A stretch of 64,000 bases of DNA from Verrucomicrobiia bacterium. Lineage in GTDB: Bacteria > Verrucomicrobiota > Verrucomicrobiia > Limisphaerales > UBA1319. The stretch lies in the NCBI GenBank assembly GCA_963664225.1, contig OY760937.1:288001-352000 (forward strand). The letters are read 5' to 3'. Positions 19,218-29,383 of this stretch are shown one piece after another. The notes under the pieces are model-generated. The model had not been told where the DNA came from and made no database searches. It worked only from the letters and a program-made list of their open reading frames with translations. Position 1 is the stretch's first letter; each line of letters opens with the position of its first letter. The position numbers were made by a program, and so were the translations under genes.

Positions 19218-20372
19218 TCAGTGGTCGCCGACGGTCAAGGTGATGGGCGCATTGGTTCCCGCAGCCAGAATGCGGACCGAATCCGGCTTGATTTCCAGAC
19301 ACTTGACGAGGATTGTGCGCGAACCAAGCGTCAGCTCTTTTTCCTCGTTTTCGAAAAACTGGCGGTTGTTGATCAGGGCGCAACGGTTGGTTTTTGATCC
19401 AATGATTCCCAGGAGTCTCAACGTTTGGACCGGCTCCTGAACGCGCACGGCCCAGTTGGCATTAGGGACTGGGACCGGGCTGATCCTTGGCGAACCGAGT
19501 TGGGACAGAGTCTGCGCGTCGATAACAGCATTCGTTGCACGCTTGACCCAATCCAATATGGCCGGGAAGCCGTAATCCGTTTCCAAACCGATCAACACCT
19601 TGATTTTGCCATGTGTATAGACGTTCTCGAGGATGTTTTGCTGCTGAGTGCGGTCTTCAGTGGAGACCATCCATTTATAGGCGGTGAGTTCACAAAGCGC
19701 CTCCAGGGTGTCCCCTTCGATGCTCCGGTTGCGCGCCTTGTTTTCGTTAATCCACAAATGCATGAATTCGTGGGCGCAGACCGATGTGGTGTCGCTCTTA
19801 AGCTGGCCACTGAGCAATACAACGCTGTGGGCCAGCGTTTCGCCTGTGCGGCGGCTCTGTGAAAAACCGAGGCGTCGCATGGTTTCCGGCACGGGATTGC
19901 CATCCCGATAGTTCCAGTAATCGATATCAAATAGGGATACGGCCACTGCCGTATTCTTCAATTTCAGTTCGCCGCCGGTCAGTCGATAAAGGCCGTTATG
20001 AACATCTTCGAACAGGCGCTGGGCCTCGGCTTCGGACTTGACGGTGTTGGGCAGATCGAATTTGCAAATGAAACGTCCGTCGGACGTCTTTCCGAATTTA
20101 TCCTTGATGGGCAGCCCGCAGAGCGAACATCGGTTGGGAAGTTCGACGCAGATTTCGCAGACCGGACCCGCGGGATGGCGGTAAGCTTTGCCGGAGAGCA
20201 ACCGCTTCCCACAAACGACGCAGGTGAACGCTTCATCATCAGATTGACAGGATGGTGTGCCGAACCAAAGCAGACTGAGAAATAGCGCCAAGGGCAACGC
20301 ATGGAACCAGAACATGCGGCGGCCTTTCAGCCTGGGCGCTGGACGTTCGAACATGCCGCCTGACAAATTCAT
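19218..20372 (-). CDS. Exported DA1-like zinc metallopeptidase with LIM-like Cys-rich region
   Basis: N-terminal hydrophobic segment; CxxC clusters including CSLC...SDGRFIC; AHEFMHLW (HExxH) with downstream EALCEL. Confidence 0.65.
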   Translation of the reverse strand: MNLSGGMFERPAPRLKGRRMFWFHALPLALFLSLLWFGTPSCQSDDEAFTCVVCGKRLLSGKAYRHPAGPVCEICVELPNRCSLCGLPIKDKFGKTSDGRFICKFDLPNTVKSEAEAQRLFEDVHNGLYRLTGGELKLKNTAVAVSLFDIDYWNYRDGNPVPETMRRLGFSQSRRTGETLAHSVVLLSGQLKSDTTSVCAHEFMHLWINENKARNRSIEGDTLEALCELTAYKWMVSTEDRTQQQNILENVYTHGKIKVLIGLETDYGFPAILDWVKRATNAVIDAQTLSQLGSPRISPVPVPNANWAVRVQEPVQTLRLLGIIGSKTNRCALINNRQFFENEEKELTLGSRTILVKCLEIKPDSVRILAAGTNAPITLTVGDH

Positions 20373-20466
20373 ATCGATACACTTCCATTAAACAGGATTT
20401 TTGCGACGTTGCCAATCCGTTAGATGGGAAATGCAGGACACCGATTTGGCCTCTGCGCCTCCCTGA

Positions 20467-21921
20467 TCATTCTTTGCGCAAGGTGATCGGCCCAAGCCGG
20501 TAGCATCGTTGTCCGTCATCGCCAGCCATGGGCAGCGCGATCCGTGGGGTGCCATCCCGTTGGCCAACAGAAACGAAAACTGTGTAATCGCCCGGCCTGG
20601 TGACTGGCGCGATCTGGCCGATCACGAATTTGCATTCATTGGTTTGCGTGGGGATTTCGTCGGGCGCGCCAACCGGCAAATTACGGACATTAAACTGCTC
20701 GTCGGCCAAGACGGAAACGATACCTCCAGCGTCGTCCTTGATTGTCAGGGTTACAAAACCACCGGCGTAGCAAGGGGCCACGCCTGCATTGGCCCAAACA
20801 CTGCGCACCGCAAAAGGCTGGCCGATGACGACCGCCTTGGGCCATGCGATTTCGCGCAGTTGCAGCCGATAACCCATGCGGCGGTTGATGCGTTCGATGA
20901 GCGCCTTGTTTTCGTTCAGTTCGATGCGTGGCCACCAATGGATCGACATGTAGCTGGCGTGGTAATCCTCGACCGCTTTGAGCAGCAGGGAGCCGTCCCC
21001 CCAGGCGCCGCGTTCCCTGGAACTACCATAATGCTCATGCTCAAGGATCACCGGCCAGTGAGGCCAGAATGCCTGAGCCATTCCTGCGTGGTACCACGCG
21101 TTCGGCGCGGGCTGAACGAGGATGCTGTCGTCGCGCAAGGTAACCCCGTTGGCAATGGCATAATCGGTTTCGGGGAAATGCAGGCCGGGTTTGTTATGCC
21201 CGGCCACGTCATCGCTGATGCAAAGCAGGGTATGCTTGAAGAGTTTTACATGAAGATCGATGTGCTTTTTGACGATGGGCAGCGCCTCCGCGTCGGGCAC
21301 CTGGCTGCTCATCATGGTATGACCTTCGCCCCACATTCCATATGTGCCGATATCGACAAATGAGACATTGGGATTGCCGTCGTAGCGGGCGGCCATGGCC
21401 GTGAGGAATTTCTCGAGTTTTGCCAGGAAAATGGGATCGCCGAAATCCGGATCCCAACTGCCGCCGGTCTCGGAGCGGCCCTTTCCAAATTGATAGAACC
21501 ATCCCCTGGCGCCCGCGTTTTTCACCCATTCGGGCGTGGCGAAGCGCGTCCAATTTTCCGAGCAGGTGATCCGGAAGGCCACGCGCTTGCCCTTGGAAAT
21601 CCACCGTTGGGCCGGTGTGTCCAGCAAAGCCCAATTATATCGCCCCTCCTCCGGTTCGAGAAAGGCCCAAGGCACGCGCAGGTACACTGTGGATAGACCG
21701 GGGAAATCATCGAGCGTGTCTGAAGGCTCAAACTTCGAGCCGTAGTTCTGCGGAATGTTCGAGTAAAAATGCATCGTCCATCCCATTTCTGGATTGACCA
21801 GAGCCGCGCCGGTGTCCGCTGGCCGCACGGTTACCAGATCGTCATCCGCTTTCAGGGCCGGGATTGCGATGGCAAGCCCGGCCAGAAGAACCAGAGTGAT
21901 GAGGTGTTTCGGGGGGTTCAT
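20467..21921 (-). CDS. Secreted DUF4832-containing / GH42-like glycoside hydrolase
   Basis: Signal peptide, LVNPEMGW, PWAFLEPEEGRYNW, GMWGEGH, RMGYRL. Confidence 0.7.
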   Translation of the reverse strand: MNPPKHLITLVLLAGLAIAIPALKADDDLVTVRPADTGAALVNPEMGWTMHFYSNIPQNYGSKFEPSDTLDDFPGLSTVYLRVPWAFLEPEEGRYNWALLDTPAQRWISKGKRVAFRITCSENWTRFATPEWVKNAGARGWFYQFGKGRSETGGSWDPDFGDPIFLAKLEKFLTAMAARYDGNPNVSFVDIGTYGMWGEGHTMMSSQVPDAEALPIVKKHIDLHVKLFKHTLLCISDDVAGHNKPGLHFPETDYAIANGVTLRDDSILVQPAPNAWYHAGMAQAFWPHWPVILEHEHYGSSRERGAWGDGSLLLKAVEDYHASYMSIHWWPRIELNENKALIERINRRMGYRLQLREIAWPKAVVIGQPFAVRSVWANAGVAPCYAGGFVTLTIKDDAGGIVSVLADEQFNVRNLPVGAPDEIPTQTNECKFVIGQIAPVTRPGDYTVFVSVGQRDGTPRIALPMAGDDGQRCYRLGPITLRKE

Positions 21922-24305
21922 TCGTATTGCGCTTTGAATTTCCAGTGGCCGGGGACCACTTCAAACCGGCCGGAATGTTCGCTTTCAGGCAAATACTTCA
22001 CACCCTTGAGGTGGGTGGTGTCGTTCTCTTTTAGTTTGCGTCCGTTGATGGACAGACTTGCGAGTCGCTTTCCGGGTATTTGAGGCATGCAAACTTGAGC
22101 GATGGTTCCTTGAGGGGAATTCAGATCCAGCTCGAAAGCGTTGTCCTTATGCTTGAGAGTGAGTTGGATATTGCCTTTGGCCGTTGCGACCAGGGTGGAG
22201 ATGTTCTGCAAGGATCCCATTTGAGGGCGGACCTGGTAGAGCGCATAGGCGGGTTCGATGGGGGAAATACCGGCAGCATATTGCGAGAGCACGGTGAGCG
22301 GACCACCGCTCCAGGCGTGGTTGTAAGTGCCGCCACCAAAGCCATCGCTGCCCAGGCCCCATCCTTCCCAAAGCGTGGTGAGTTCGCTGGCGACCTGTTT
22401 CTGATAACGCGTCTTCATCCGTTCCAAGGCCTGATCCGGCGCATGCATGAGGAACAGCGCTTCGAGAACGTATTTTTCCATGTAGGGGCTGGCATTGCGG
22501 TGTTTGGCGAAAACCTCCTTCAAAGCGGCGAACTTATCCGGACCCGCCAGGCCGGAAATCACCGCCATGGCATTGGCGCGGTCATCTGTATCGCCTTTGT
22601 AGCTTGGAGTGCGGTATTCCGTTCCAGTCCAGAATTTGGTGTTAAAGCCACCCTTGATGGTTTTCATGCGCGATTCCCATTCGGGTATGTCCTTCTCGTT
22701 ACCTGATAGGCGGGCCATGTTGATGGCGGCTTCAAGTGCCAGACTGTACCAGGCGCTGTCGAGCACGCGCTCGTCAATATTCTCGCCCCAATCCTCCCAG
22801 TCCCAATCGCCTTTGCGGTGGATAACGAGACCGTCGGCATCCAGCTTCCACACGTTCAAGTAGCCGCGCACATGGGGATAAACAGTGGCAATGGTCTCGC
22901 GGTCGCCGCTGTAAAGGTAATAGGTCCAAAAGCCGTATTTGCCAACGCTCGCGAGCATCTGGGGCGGCAACTCGCAATTCCAGGTGCCGTCTCCCGCATC
23001 CTGACGATTGAGGTCGTTGGCGGGCCTGCCGGAGGGCACCGGAGAATAGAGCGTATTGTCCGAACGCTGCCAGCGCGCAAGTTCCAGCATGGCCTTGCGT
23101 GTCAGGGAGGCTGCGGAAGGATCGAAGGCATAGAAGACCTCCCCAAGTTCATTGGCAGCATCGCCCCACCACTGGGAGCGTTCGCGGTCCGGGCAATCCA
23201 TGTAACTATCCCGCATGGTCACATAGAGCGTGCGTCGTGATTTCTCCCAAAGTGTATTGTAAAACGGATCGTCGCATTGGAACCGGCCTGTGAACTCGGT
23301 GTTGAATCCCGTTTCGCGATATTTCAGCGTGATCGGTTTCACCCCAGCCGGAAGCGTGTAGAGGACCTCGTGGCCATTCATCCAACCCAGGGCCTCGAAT
23401 TCCTGGGCGCCGTCGCGCGTGACATACTCGGCGTGAACGTTGGCTTCGCCGCCGCCCATGAAGTTGTCCGTGCGCAGATCGATGGTTTTGCCTGCGGGGG
23501 CTTCTATTTTAATCCATGGCGTGACGTGCGCGTTGTACGGTAGTTTCGCGGCGATCACCTGGCCGCCGTCAGGGGTGTTGGTCAGTACGCGTGTGCTGAC
23601 ATAATCCTTGAGTCCGTAATCCTTCCAGAACTTCGTCGGGCGTTTTTCCAAGGATCCCCAAGGCGCGGCTGGAGGAATTGGGCCCACTACCGGCGAACTC
23701 CAACTGGAGTCGTCAAACCGGCGGCTGGTCCAATCCGCCAGATCCTTCCGGGCATCGAAAAGGATGCTCGACTCCGGCAGTCGGCGATTGGGTTGCACAC
23801 CGCCCGCCTTTCCAAACGCAGGATGCCGGATTGTTTTCCAAGTCGCGTCCGAAGCGAGGGTGTGATCACCCAGGTCCGCCTCAAACACCAGACCCGCTCG
23901 ACCACTGCTGTTGTGCGAAAAACCGTTCTTGCCAAAATACCACGCCAGCACGGCGATGCTGTTCGATCCCCTGGTCAGATAAGGCGCCAGATCGAGTTCG
24001 TCGTAATAAGTCGCGGTGGGTGTGGGTCCGCGCTTGAGACCGCCTTCGCGCACCACAAGCTTGTCGTTGATCCAGAGCCAGTATTTGGAGTCCACCGCGA
24101 TGCGCGCGATGGCGTGCGCAGGGACCTTGGTCACCTCAAAGGTTTTGCGGTAACAGGTCCACGAATTGGGGGACGTTTCCGTCGGACTAAGCCACTGGGC
24201 GGTCCAGACCGGGTTGGTGGACGCATCGGCGCGAACAATTGATGTGGAGACGGCCGCCAATAAAAGGCCGGCTAAAAGACCAACGCTGGATGATCGCAGG
24301 TTCAT
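21918..24305 (-). CDS. Alpha-L-rhamnosidase (GH78-like), secreted
   Basis: MDCPDRERSQWWGD, TTLWEGW, NHAWSGGP, signal peptide. Confidence 0.85.
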   Translation of the reverse strand: MNLRSSSVGLLAGLLLAAVSTSIVRADASTNPVWTAQWLSPTETSPNSWTCYRKTFEVTKVPAHAIARIAVDSKYWLWINDKLVVREGGLKRGPTPTATYYDELDLAPYLTRGSNSIAVLAWYFGKNGFSHNSSGRAGLVFEADLGDHTLASDATWKTIRHPAFGKAGGVQPNRRLPESSILFDARKDLADWTSRRFDDSSWSSPVVGPIPPAAPWGSLEKRPTKFWKDYGLKDYVSTRVLTNTPDGGQVIAAKLPYNAHVTPWIKIEAPAGKTIDLRTDNFMGGGEANVHAEYVTRDGAQEFEALGWMNGHEVLYTLPAGVKPITLKYRETGFNTEFTGRFQCDDPFYNTLWEKSRRTLYVTMRDSYMDCPDRERSQWWGDAANELGEVFYAFDPSAASLTRKAMLELARWQRSDNTLYSPVPSGRPANDLNRQDAGDGTWNCELPPQMLASVGKYGFWTYYLYSGDRETIATVYPHVRGYLNVWKLDADGLVIHRKGDWDWEDWGENIDERVLDSAWYSLALEAAINMARLSGNEKDIPEWESRMKTIKGGFNTKFWTGTEYRTPSYKGDTDDRANAMAVISGLAGPDKFAALKEVFAKHRNASPYMEKYVLEALFLMHAPDQALERMKTRYQKQVASELTTLWEGWGLGSDGFGGGTYNHAWSGGPLTVLSQYAAGISPIEPAYALYQVRPQMGSLQNISTLVATAKGNIQLTLKHKDNAFELDLNSPQGTIAQVCMPQIPGKRLASLSINGRKLKENDTTHLKGVKYLPESEHSGRFEVVPGHWKFKAQYE

Positions 24306-24514
24306 TTTATGATTGAATGAGACGGTTCATGTTCAAGTGAGTTCCAATCCATCGCATGGCTGAGATTCTGAATGCCTGGCAAAACGGACCGCCATCTTAC
24401 GGACACCACTTGGAACAATGCCCGAACGGCGCAATGCGTTTACGCACCGTTACTGAGGCATGAGGTGGATCGTAAATCCACTTGCGAATCAGGTCAATGC
24501 GAGATGAATTGAAA

Positions 24515-25717
24515 TCAACTGGTCAACGCGGCATCCCAGTCTTTCCACACGGGTTCGAGGCGATTCTTCATGAGCATCATGGATATTTCGGCTGGACTGC
24601 GATGATCGGCAATTTCGAACTGACCCGTGGCCGATGTTAATGGCGCGATGGTGAACGGCTCGAGGATTGGTGTGACAGCCGACACATGAGCCGGCGAACC
24701 TTTTGTGAGATGGATATGTTCCCGACCCGCGCCCGTGTAACCGCCCGGTTCGGTGTGGCTGCCAGCGCTCATGTGGGTGAATCCCACGCGCACCAGGCCA
24801 TCGCGTAATGCAGGAGCCTCCCGGGTGGAAAGCACCAGGCCCGCATCGGGGAAACAAATGCGGAAGGCGGCGGTTAATTGGACCAGCGCCCGGTCGCTCA
24901 ACGGGGCGGTGGGTTCGTAAGAACCGGCGTTCGGACGCAATCGCGGCATGGAGATGGTGAGGAAGGATTTCCAGCAGTGGCGCAGCAAATATTGGGCGTG
25001 CGCGGCCACACAGATGGATTCTGACTGCCAATCGAAGAGGCCGTAGAGCGCGCCAATCCCAATCCTGCGGAATCCGGCGGCGTAACCGCGCTCTGGAGCT
25101 TCAAGCCGCCATGCGAAATCACGCTTGGGTCCAGCCGTATGCACCTGCGCATAGACGTCGGGATTGTAGGTTTCCTGATATAGAGTCAAACCTTCCGCTC
25201 CGGCTTCGACCATCGAGCGGTAAGGCCCGGTTTCCATGGGCGCGACTTCAATGGATAGACTGGGCCATTCAGGGCGCAACGCGCGCAGGCAATCTTGAAG
25301 GTAGTTTGTGGAAACAAACTTGGGATGTTCGCCGGCGACGAGCAGCAAGTTGCGGAATCCTTGAGCGCGCAATGCGCGGGCTTCCGTGAGGGTTTCTTCG
25401 ATCGAAAGTGTGACGCGAAAGATGGGGTTGTCCCGTGAAAAACCGCAATATTTGCAGTTGTTGACGCATTCATTGGAGAGATAGAGCGGGGCAAAGAGCC
25501 GGATGGTGTTTCCGAAGCGCTGGCGGGTGAGCAATTCCGCCTTGCGGCACATCGATTCCAAATACGGGACTGCCGCAGGGGAGATGAGATGGGCGAAATC
25601 CCAAAGCGAGGATGTTGTTTTTCGCAAGCTGGCTTCCACCATTGCCGAAGAGGCGGATGCCGCAACGGCTCGCAAATCGCTCAGTGGCAGGCGCTCGAAT
25701 TCATTCAAAAATCCCAT
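24515..25717 (-). CDS. thiH: 2-iminoacetate synthase (radical SAM)
   Basis: FAPLYLSNECVNNCKYCGF, YQETY, LSTRE, SAGSHTEPGGY, QFEIADHRS. Confidence 0.92.
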   Translation of the reverse strand: MGFLNEFERLPLSDLRAVAASASSAMVEASLRKTTSSLWDFAHLISPAAVPYLESMCRKAELLTRQRFGNTIRLFAPLYLSNECVNNCKYCGFSRDNPIFRVTLSIEETLTEARALRAQGFRNLLLVAGEHPKFVSTNYLQDCLRALRPEWPSLSIEVAPMETGPYRSMVEAGAEGLTLYQETYNPDVYAQVHTAGPKRDFAWRLEAPERGYAAGFRRIGIGALYGLFDWQSESICVAAHAQYLLRHCWKSFLTISMPRLRPNAGSYEPTAPLSDRALVQLTAAFRICFPDAGLVLSTREAPALRDGLVRVGFTHMSAGSHTEPGGYTGAGREHIHLTKGSPAHVSAVTPILEPFTIAPLTSATGQFEIADHRSPAEISMMLMKNRLEPVWKDWDAALTS

Positions 25718-25807
25718 GCGATTTTACACTAACAGAAGATCGCATCGGGACAAGCGACGTGGGGCCTCCCAACCGGGAATAAAAGCGGCGTGATTACGAG
25801 AAGGACG

Positions 25808-26119
25808 TCAGCTTTTCTTCATGAACTGCCAGAAACTTTGAACCCGTTTGACGGTTTGCCACAGCAGCATCCCTTTAACGAAGAGGCCTTTTGAGGAAAC
25901 CCAGCGGCGGACGAGGAAGAAGCCAAGGACAGGGGCCAGACCAATGCCCCATTTGCGAAGGGAACCTGCCAGGCCGGAGCCAATATGAGTGACGGAAGAA
26001 CGGGCCGTGCCTTTAAGCTCGCTCCAATCCAGCTCAAGGGTGCGGCGGTTAAGCTCGCTCTCCATCAGCAGGACTTGCTTGCGAAGTTGAAGATGGTCTA
26101 TTTCCGAGGAGATAAACAC
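25808..26119 (-). CDS. YqjK-like small membrane protein
   Basis: LRKQVLLMESELNR motif; follows yqjD/yqjE-like genes; GTG start overlaps the upstream gene. Confidence 0.6.
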   Translation of the reverse strand: MFISSEIDHLQLRKQVLLMESELNRRTLELDWSELKGTARSSVTHIGSGLAGSLRKWGIGLAPVLGFFLVRRWVSSKGLFVKGMLLWQTVKRVQSFWQFMKKS

Positions 26120-26484
26120 TCTCGATCCTTTTGAAGTTCGTGAATTGTGGATCCGAACGGGGAGGGCCATTCCCGGATGCGTTTCTTGAGTGAAAGCACC
26201 AAAATTCCGGTCCCCAGGAGGAATGCCACAGCCAATGCGGAGAGAACGTAAATTCGGTATTCCCAAAAAACGGCCACGATGGTCAAAGAGAGGAACACCA
26301 CGGCCATGGCTGCAAGAAAACAAACAGCCAGCGCGAGGACCAGAGCTTGAATAAAACGCAGCTTGGACTCGTGCAGTTCGACGCCGACCAACTCAAGACG
26401 ATTCTGGAGGATGGCGAGAATCGTTCCCGCCATCCGCCGAAATGCTTTTGCCGGGCCGTCCGGGCCTGGCTCTGTCTGGGGCAT
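26098..26484 (-). CDS. YqjE / phage holin family membrane protein
   Basis: RLELVGVELHE, two TM helices, TIHELQKDRE. Confidence 0.8.
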   Translation of the reverse strand: MPQTEPGPDGPAKAFRRMAGTILAILQNRLELVGVELHESKLRFIQALVLALAVCFLAAMAVVFLSLTIVAVFWEYRIYVLSALAVAFLLGTGILVLSLKKRIREWPSPFGSTIHELQKDRECLSPRK

Positions 26485-26487
26485 GGG

Positions 26488-26808
26488 TTATTTACGGTTG
26501 ACCAGAACCCCGATGACAATGCCCAACCCAAAGGCCACGCCAATGGATTGATAAGGGTGCTCGCGAATGACTTTGTCGGTCACTTTTGCTCCGGCCACCG
26601 CCTTATCCTGCATGGTGCGGCAGGTTTCCTTGGCGCGATCCAAAGCGGAGCTGAGGCGCGCACGGGCTTCCTTGGTTTTTTCACCCATGTCGGATGCGGT
26701 CGCCCGAATGAGTTCCTCCGCGTCCTTGGCCACAGTTTTGAGGTCGCTCACCAGTTTTTCCTTGGTGACGTCTTCCATCTCGATGTTGTTGGTATCAGCA
26801 GTGTCCAT
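26488..26808 (-). CDS. ElaB/YqjD/DUF883 family membrane-anchored protein
   Basis: DKVIREHPYQSIGVAFGLGIVIGVLV C-terminal anchor. Confidence 0.9.
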   Translation of the reverse strand: MDTADTNNIEMEDVTKEKLVSDLKTVAKDAEELIRATASDMGEKTKEARARLSSALDRAKETCRTMQDKAVAGAKVTDKVIREHPYQSIGVAFGLGIVIGVLVNRK

Positions 26809-26953
26809 AATATGCTTGCTCCATGTTCTTAATGTTACGACGGAATCCAGACCCGGCGCATTCATTGTGACACCGGAAATCAAAGATTTAATGCTGGCTC
26901 ACGGTCGCCAACCACATGCTTGAATATAATGGCGCAGTTACAAAACACAATAA

Positions 26954-27664
26954 TTATCTATTGGATTCCGCTTTCCTGGTTCCGCAGGAACACGACGCCG
27001 GGGTTTGAACCGCTTTTTCTGCGGCCCCGCGCATCTTTCGGATGGCGTTTCGCAAGTTCCGACTTGCAAAGAGGGTTGTCCCGCTGACAAAGGTATCGGC
27101 TCCAGCCTGGGCGCAAAACGCCGTCGTTTCGTAATCAATGCCTCCATCGACTTCGATTCGAAATTTGAGATCTTTGGCGCGGCGCCATTTCTGGATTTGC
27201 TGGATTTTGGGAATCATCTCATCTATGAAGCTCTGTCCTCCGTATCCAGGATTGACGGTCATGACGAGGATCATGTCCAAATGCCGCAGGAAGGGTGTCA
27301 AGGCATTGACGTTTGTGGCGGGATTGATTGCGAGGCCAACCTTTTTTTTCAAAGCCCTGATTTTCCAGATCAGGTCATTGACCCGGGCGCCCAACTCGAC
27401 GTGAACGGTCATGCTATCCGCGCCGGCTTTTGCAAAAGGCTCCAAAAGGATTTCCGGTTGCGTGCACATCAGATGCACATCGAACGGTTTGGAAACGACT
27501 TTTCGAATGAATGAAACCACTCGGGGACCATAGGAGAGATTGGGCACAAAGTGCCCGTCCATGACGTCCCAATGAATCCAATCTGCCCCGGCGCGAACGG
27601 CCCGCCGGGCTTCGTCAGCCAGGCGTCCCGCGTTCGCAGCCAACATTGATGGCGCTATAATCAT
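26954..27664 (-). CDS. rpe: Ribulose-phosphate 3-epimerase
   Basis: IAPSML, HWDVMDGHFVPN, DVHLM, MTVNPGYGGQ, EVDGG. Confidence 0.97.
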   Translation of the reverse strand: MIIAPSMLAANAGRLADEARRAVRAGADWIHWDVMDGHFVPNLSYGPRVVSFIRKVVSKPFDVHLMCTQPEILLEPFAKAGADSMTVHVELGARVNDLIWKIRALKKKVGLAINPATNVNALTPFLRHLDMILVMTVNPGYGGQSFIDEMIPKIQQIQKWRRAKDLKFRIEVDGGIDYETTAFCAQAGADTFVSGTTLFASRNLRNAIRKMRGAAEKAVQTPASCSCGTRKAESNR

Positions 27665-27823
27665 CGGAAACAAGGGTAATCTGCTAAAGCCCAGAGTCAA
27701 CGTCGCATGAATTTATCGTAAATGAGCCAGTTGACTTAAATTACGCAAACCGGCGATTGGCGTGGATGAGGATGCGCAGCATGTTTTTAACCGTTGGTGC
27801 GGATTTCCTATGAATAGAACCAC

Positions 27824-28008
27824 TCACGATTGCGGTATTTCGAGTTGCTGGCAGATGCGGCGGGCCAAATGATCTTTGATCTCTCGATGTCGGGGAACTG
27901 TGGTCCATGCACCGTTGGTTGGATTTAACCAGATTGCATGAGAAGCCCCATGGCGCTTCAAAACGCAACCATTTGTGCGAAGTGCCGTTCCAGATCGGCA
28001 AGCTTCAT
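27824..28008 (-). pseudogene. hicA: HicA family toxin with a 1-nt frameshift
   Basis: The ATG at 28008 gives MKLADLERH, then the frame shifts. The alternative frame continues LRTNGCVLKRHGASHAIW...TVPRHREI...ICQQLEIP. Length is 185 nt (not a multiple of 3). Confidence 0.85.
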
Positions 28009-28223
28009 GCGGTTGGCAATTCGACTGTTTCTCGCAGCGATTGGGGTGATCTTTCGTGTCGGGCTCGATCACGGAGATATTCCACCGATAACTTAAGGGC
28101 ATCCAGCAGATTGGTGCGGGCTTCATCCAGCGTGTCGCCCTGACTTTGCACTCCGGGCATTTCCTCAAGCCAGCAAACGTAACCGCCTTCTTGCGCCGGT
28201 TCGAATACCGCAGTCAGTTTCAT
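28005..28223 (-). CDS. hicB: HicB family antitoxin (short form)
   Basis: EGGYVCWLEEMPGVQSQGDTLDEARTNLLDAL; ATGA overlap with hicA. Confidence 0.9.
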   Translation of the reverse strand: MKLTAVFEPAQEGGYVCWLEEMPGVQSQGDTLDEARTNLLDALKLSVEYLRDRARHERSPQSLRETVELPTA

Positions 28224-28282
28224 ATCCGCGCCAATATGCCATCTGGATGGGACATCGGCAATACGCCGTTTTTTGGAGTTTT

Positions 28283-29368
28283 TCAGCAGGCTCCCAAGAT
28301 TTTTTTGGTGGGTTCCTGCTGGCTGATGCAGTGGAAGGATCCCAAGCCCCAGATCAGTTCGGTGGAATCGATGCCCACGACTTTTCGATCAGGAAACTCG
28401 GCCTGCAGGATACGGATGGCCTGGGCGTCATTCGGATGCCTAAAGATTGGAACCACAACGACTTGGTTGGCGATATAGAAGTTGGCGTAGCTGGCGGGCA
28501 GGCGCTGACCCTGGTATTCCACGGTGCCTGGGGTGGGTAGGTGAACGATCTTAAAGTGCTGGCCATCAATATCTTTGAGAGTGTGCAAGCGTTTCAGGTT
28601 TTCCTGGAGCACTGCGTAATTGGGATCCTGCGGGTCTTTTTCGACCACGGTGGCGATGGTGGTGGGATTGATGAATCGCGCCAGGTCGTCGATGTGGCCA
28701 TCCGTATCGTCCCCGGCAATGCCATCGCCAAGCCATAGAATGTGATTGACGCCAAAGTAGTTACGCAAGGCCTGCTCGATCTGAGTTTTGGTGAGATTTG
28801 GGTTTCGATTGGGGTTCAGCAGGCAGGACTCCGTGGTCAGCAGGCAGCCGCGACCGTTCACATCGATAGAACCGCCCTCCATGATGACATGCGGAGAGAA
28901 AAATGGCAGATTTCGATAATGCGCAACATGTTGCGGAACAGCATCATCAAGATCGAATGGAGGGTATTTTCCGCCCCATGCGTTGTAGTCCCAATCGACC
29001 ACGGCGCGTTCACGTCCGTGCGCTGTATCTTTTACGAGGAAGATGGGACCGTGATCGCGGCACCAGGGTTCGTAGGCGGGGAAATGGTGGAAAAATACCT
29101 TATCCAGAGGGACTTCCAGATCGGTGAGTAAGCCCCGAACCCAGGCTTCCTTGTCGGCATTCCAGACGTTGATGTGGACTTCTTCGTGGGGGACGAGATG
29201 TCGAATGAATTCCCCGTAAACGGGTGGCACGGTGTCGTACTTGTCGGGAAAACTTATTCCCTCGGGTCTTGGCCACGTAAGCCACGTGGCCGCATGGGGT
29301 TCCCACTCGGCTGGCATGCGAAAGCCGAGGGTGGCTGGGAGCCCTGTGGCATGGTTGTTGCTTAACAT
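28283..29368 (-). CDS. aguA: Agmatine deiminase family protein
   Basis: RMPAEWEPH, WCRDHGP, EGGSIDVNG, DDTDGHIDD, ASYANFY, GSFHCISQQEP. Confidence 0.9.
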   Translation of the reverse strand: MLSNNHATGLPATLGFRMPAEWEPHAATWLTWPRPEGISFPDKYDTVPPVYGEFIRHLVPHEEVHINVWNADKEAWVRGLLTDLEVPLDKVFFHHFPAYEPWCRDHGPIFLVKDTAHGRERAVVDWDYNAWGGKYPPFDLDDAVPQHVAHYRNLPFFSPHVIMEGGSIDVNGRGCLLTTESCLLNPNRNPNLTKTQIEQALRNYFGVNHILWLGDGIAGDDTDGHIDDLARFINPTTIATVVEKDPQDPNYAVLQENLKRLHTLKDIDGQHFKIVHLPTPGTVEYQGQRLPASYANFYIANQVVVVPIFRHPNDAQAIRILQAEFPDRKVVGIDSTELIWGLGSFHCISQQEPTKKILGAC

Positions 29369-29383
29369 GGACCAAATAGAGAT

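Noticed and set aside
25718..25807. TPP riboswitch upstream of thiH
   Set aside because: No CTGAGA / CCTGA...AGCGTAGGGA core found on the minus strand.
26098..26484. 'Phage holin' as evidence of a prophage
   Set aside because: It sits in the usual chromosomal yqjD-yqjE-yqjK-like trio with no lysis or structural genes.
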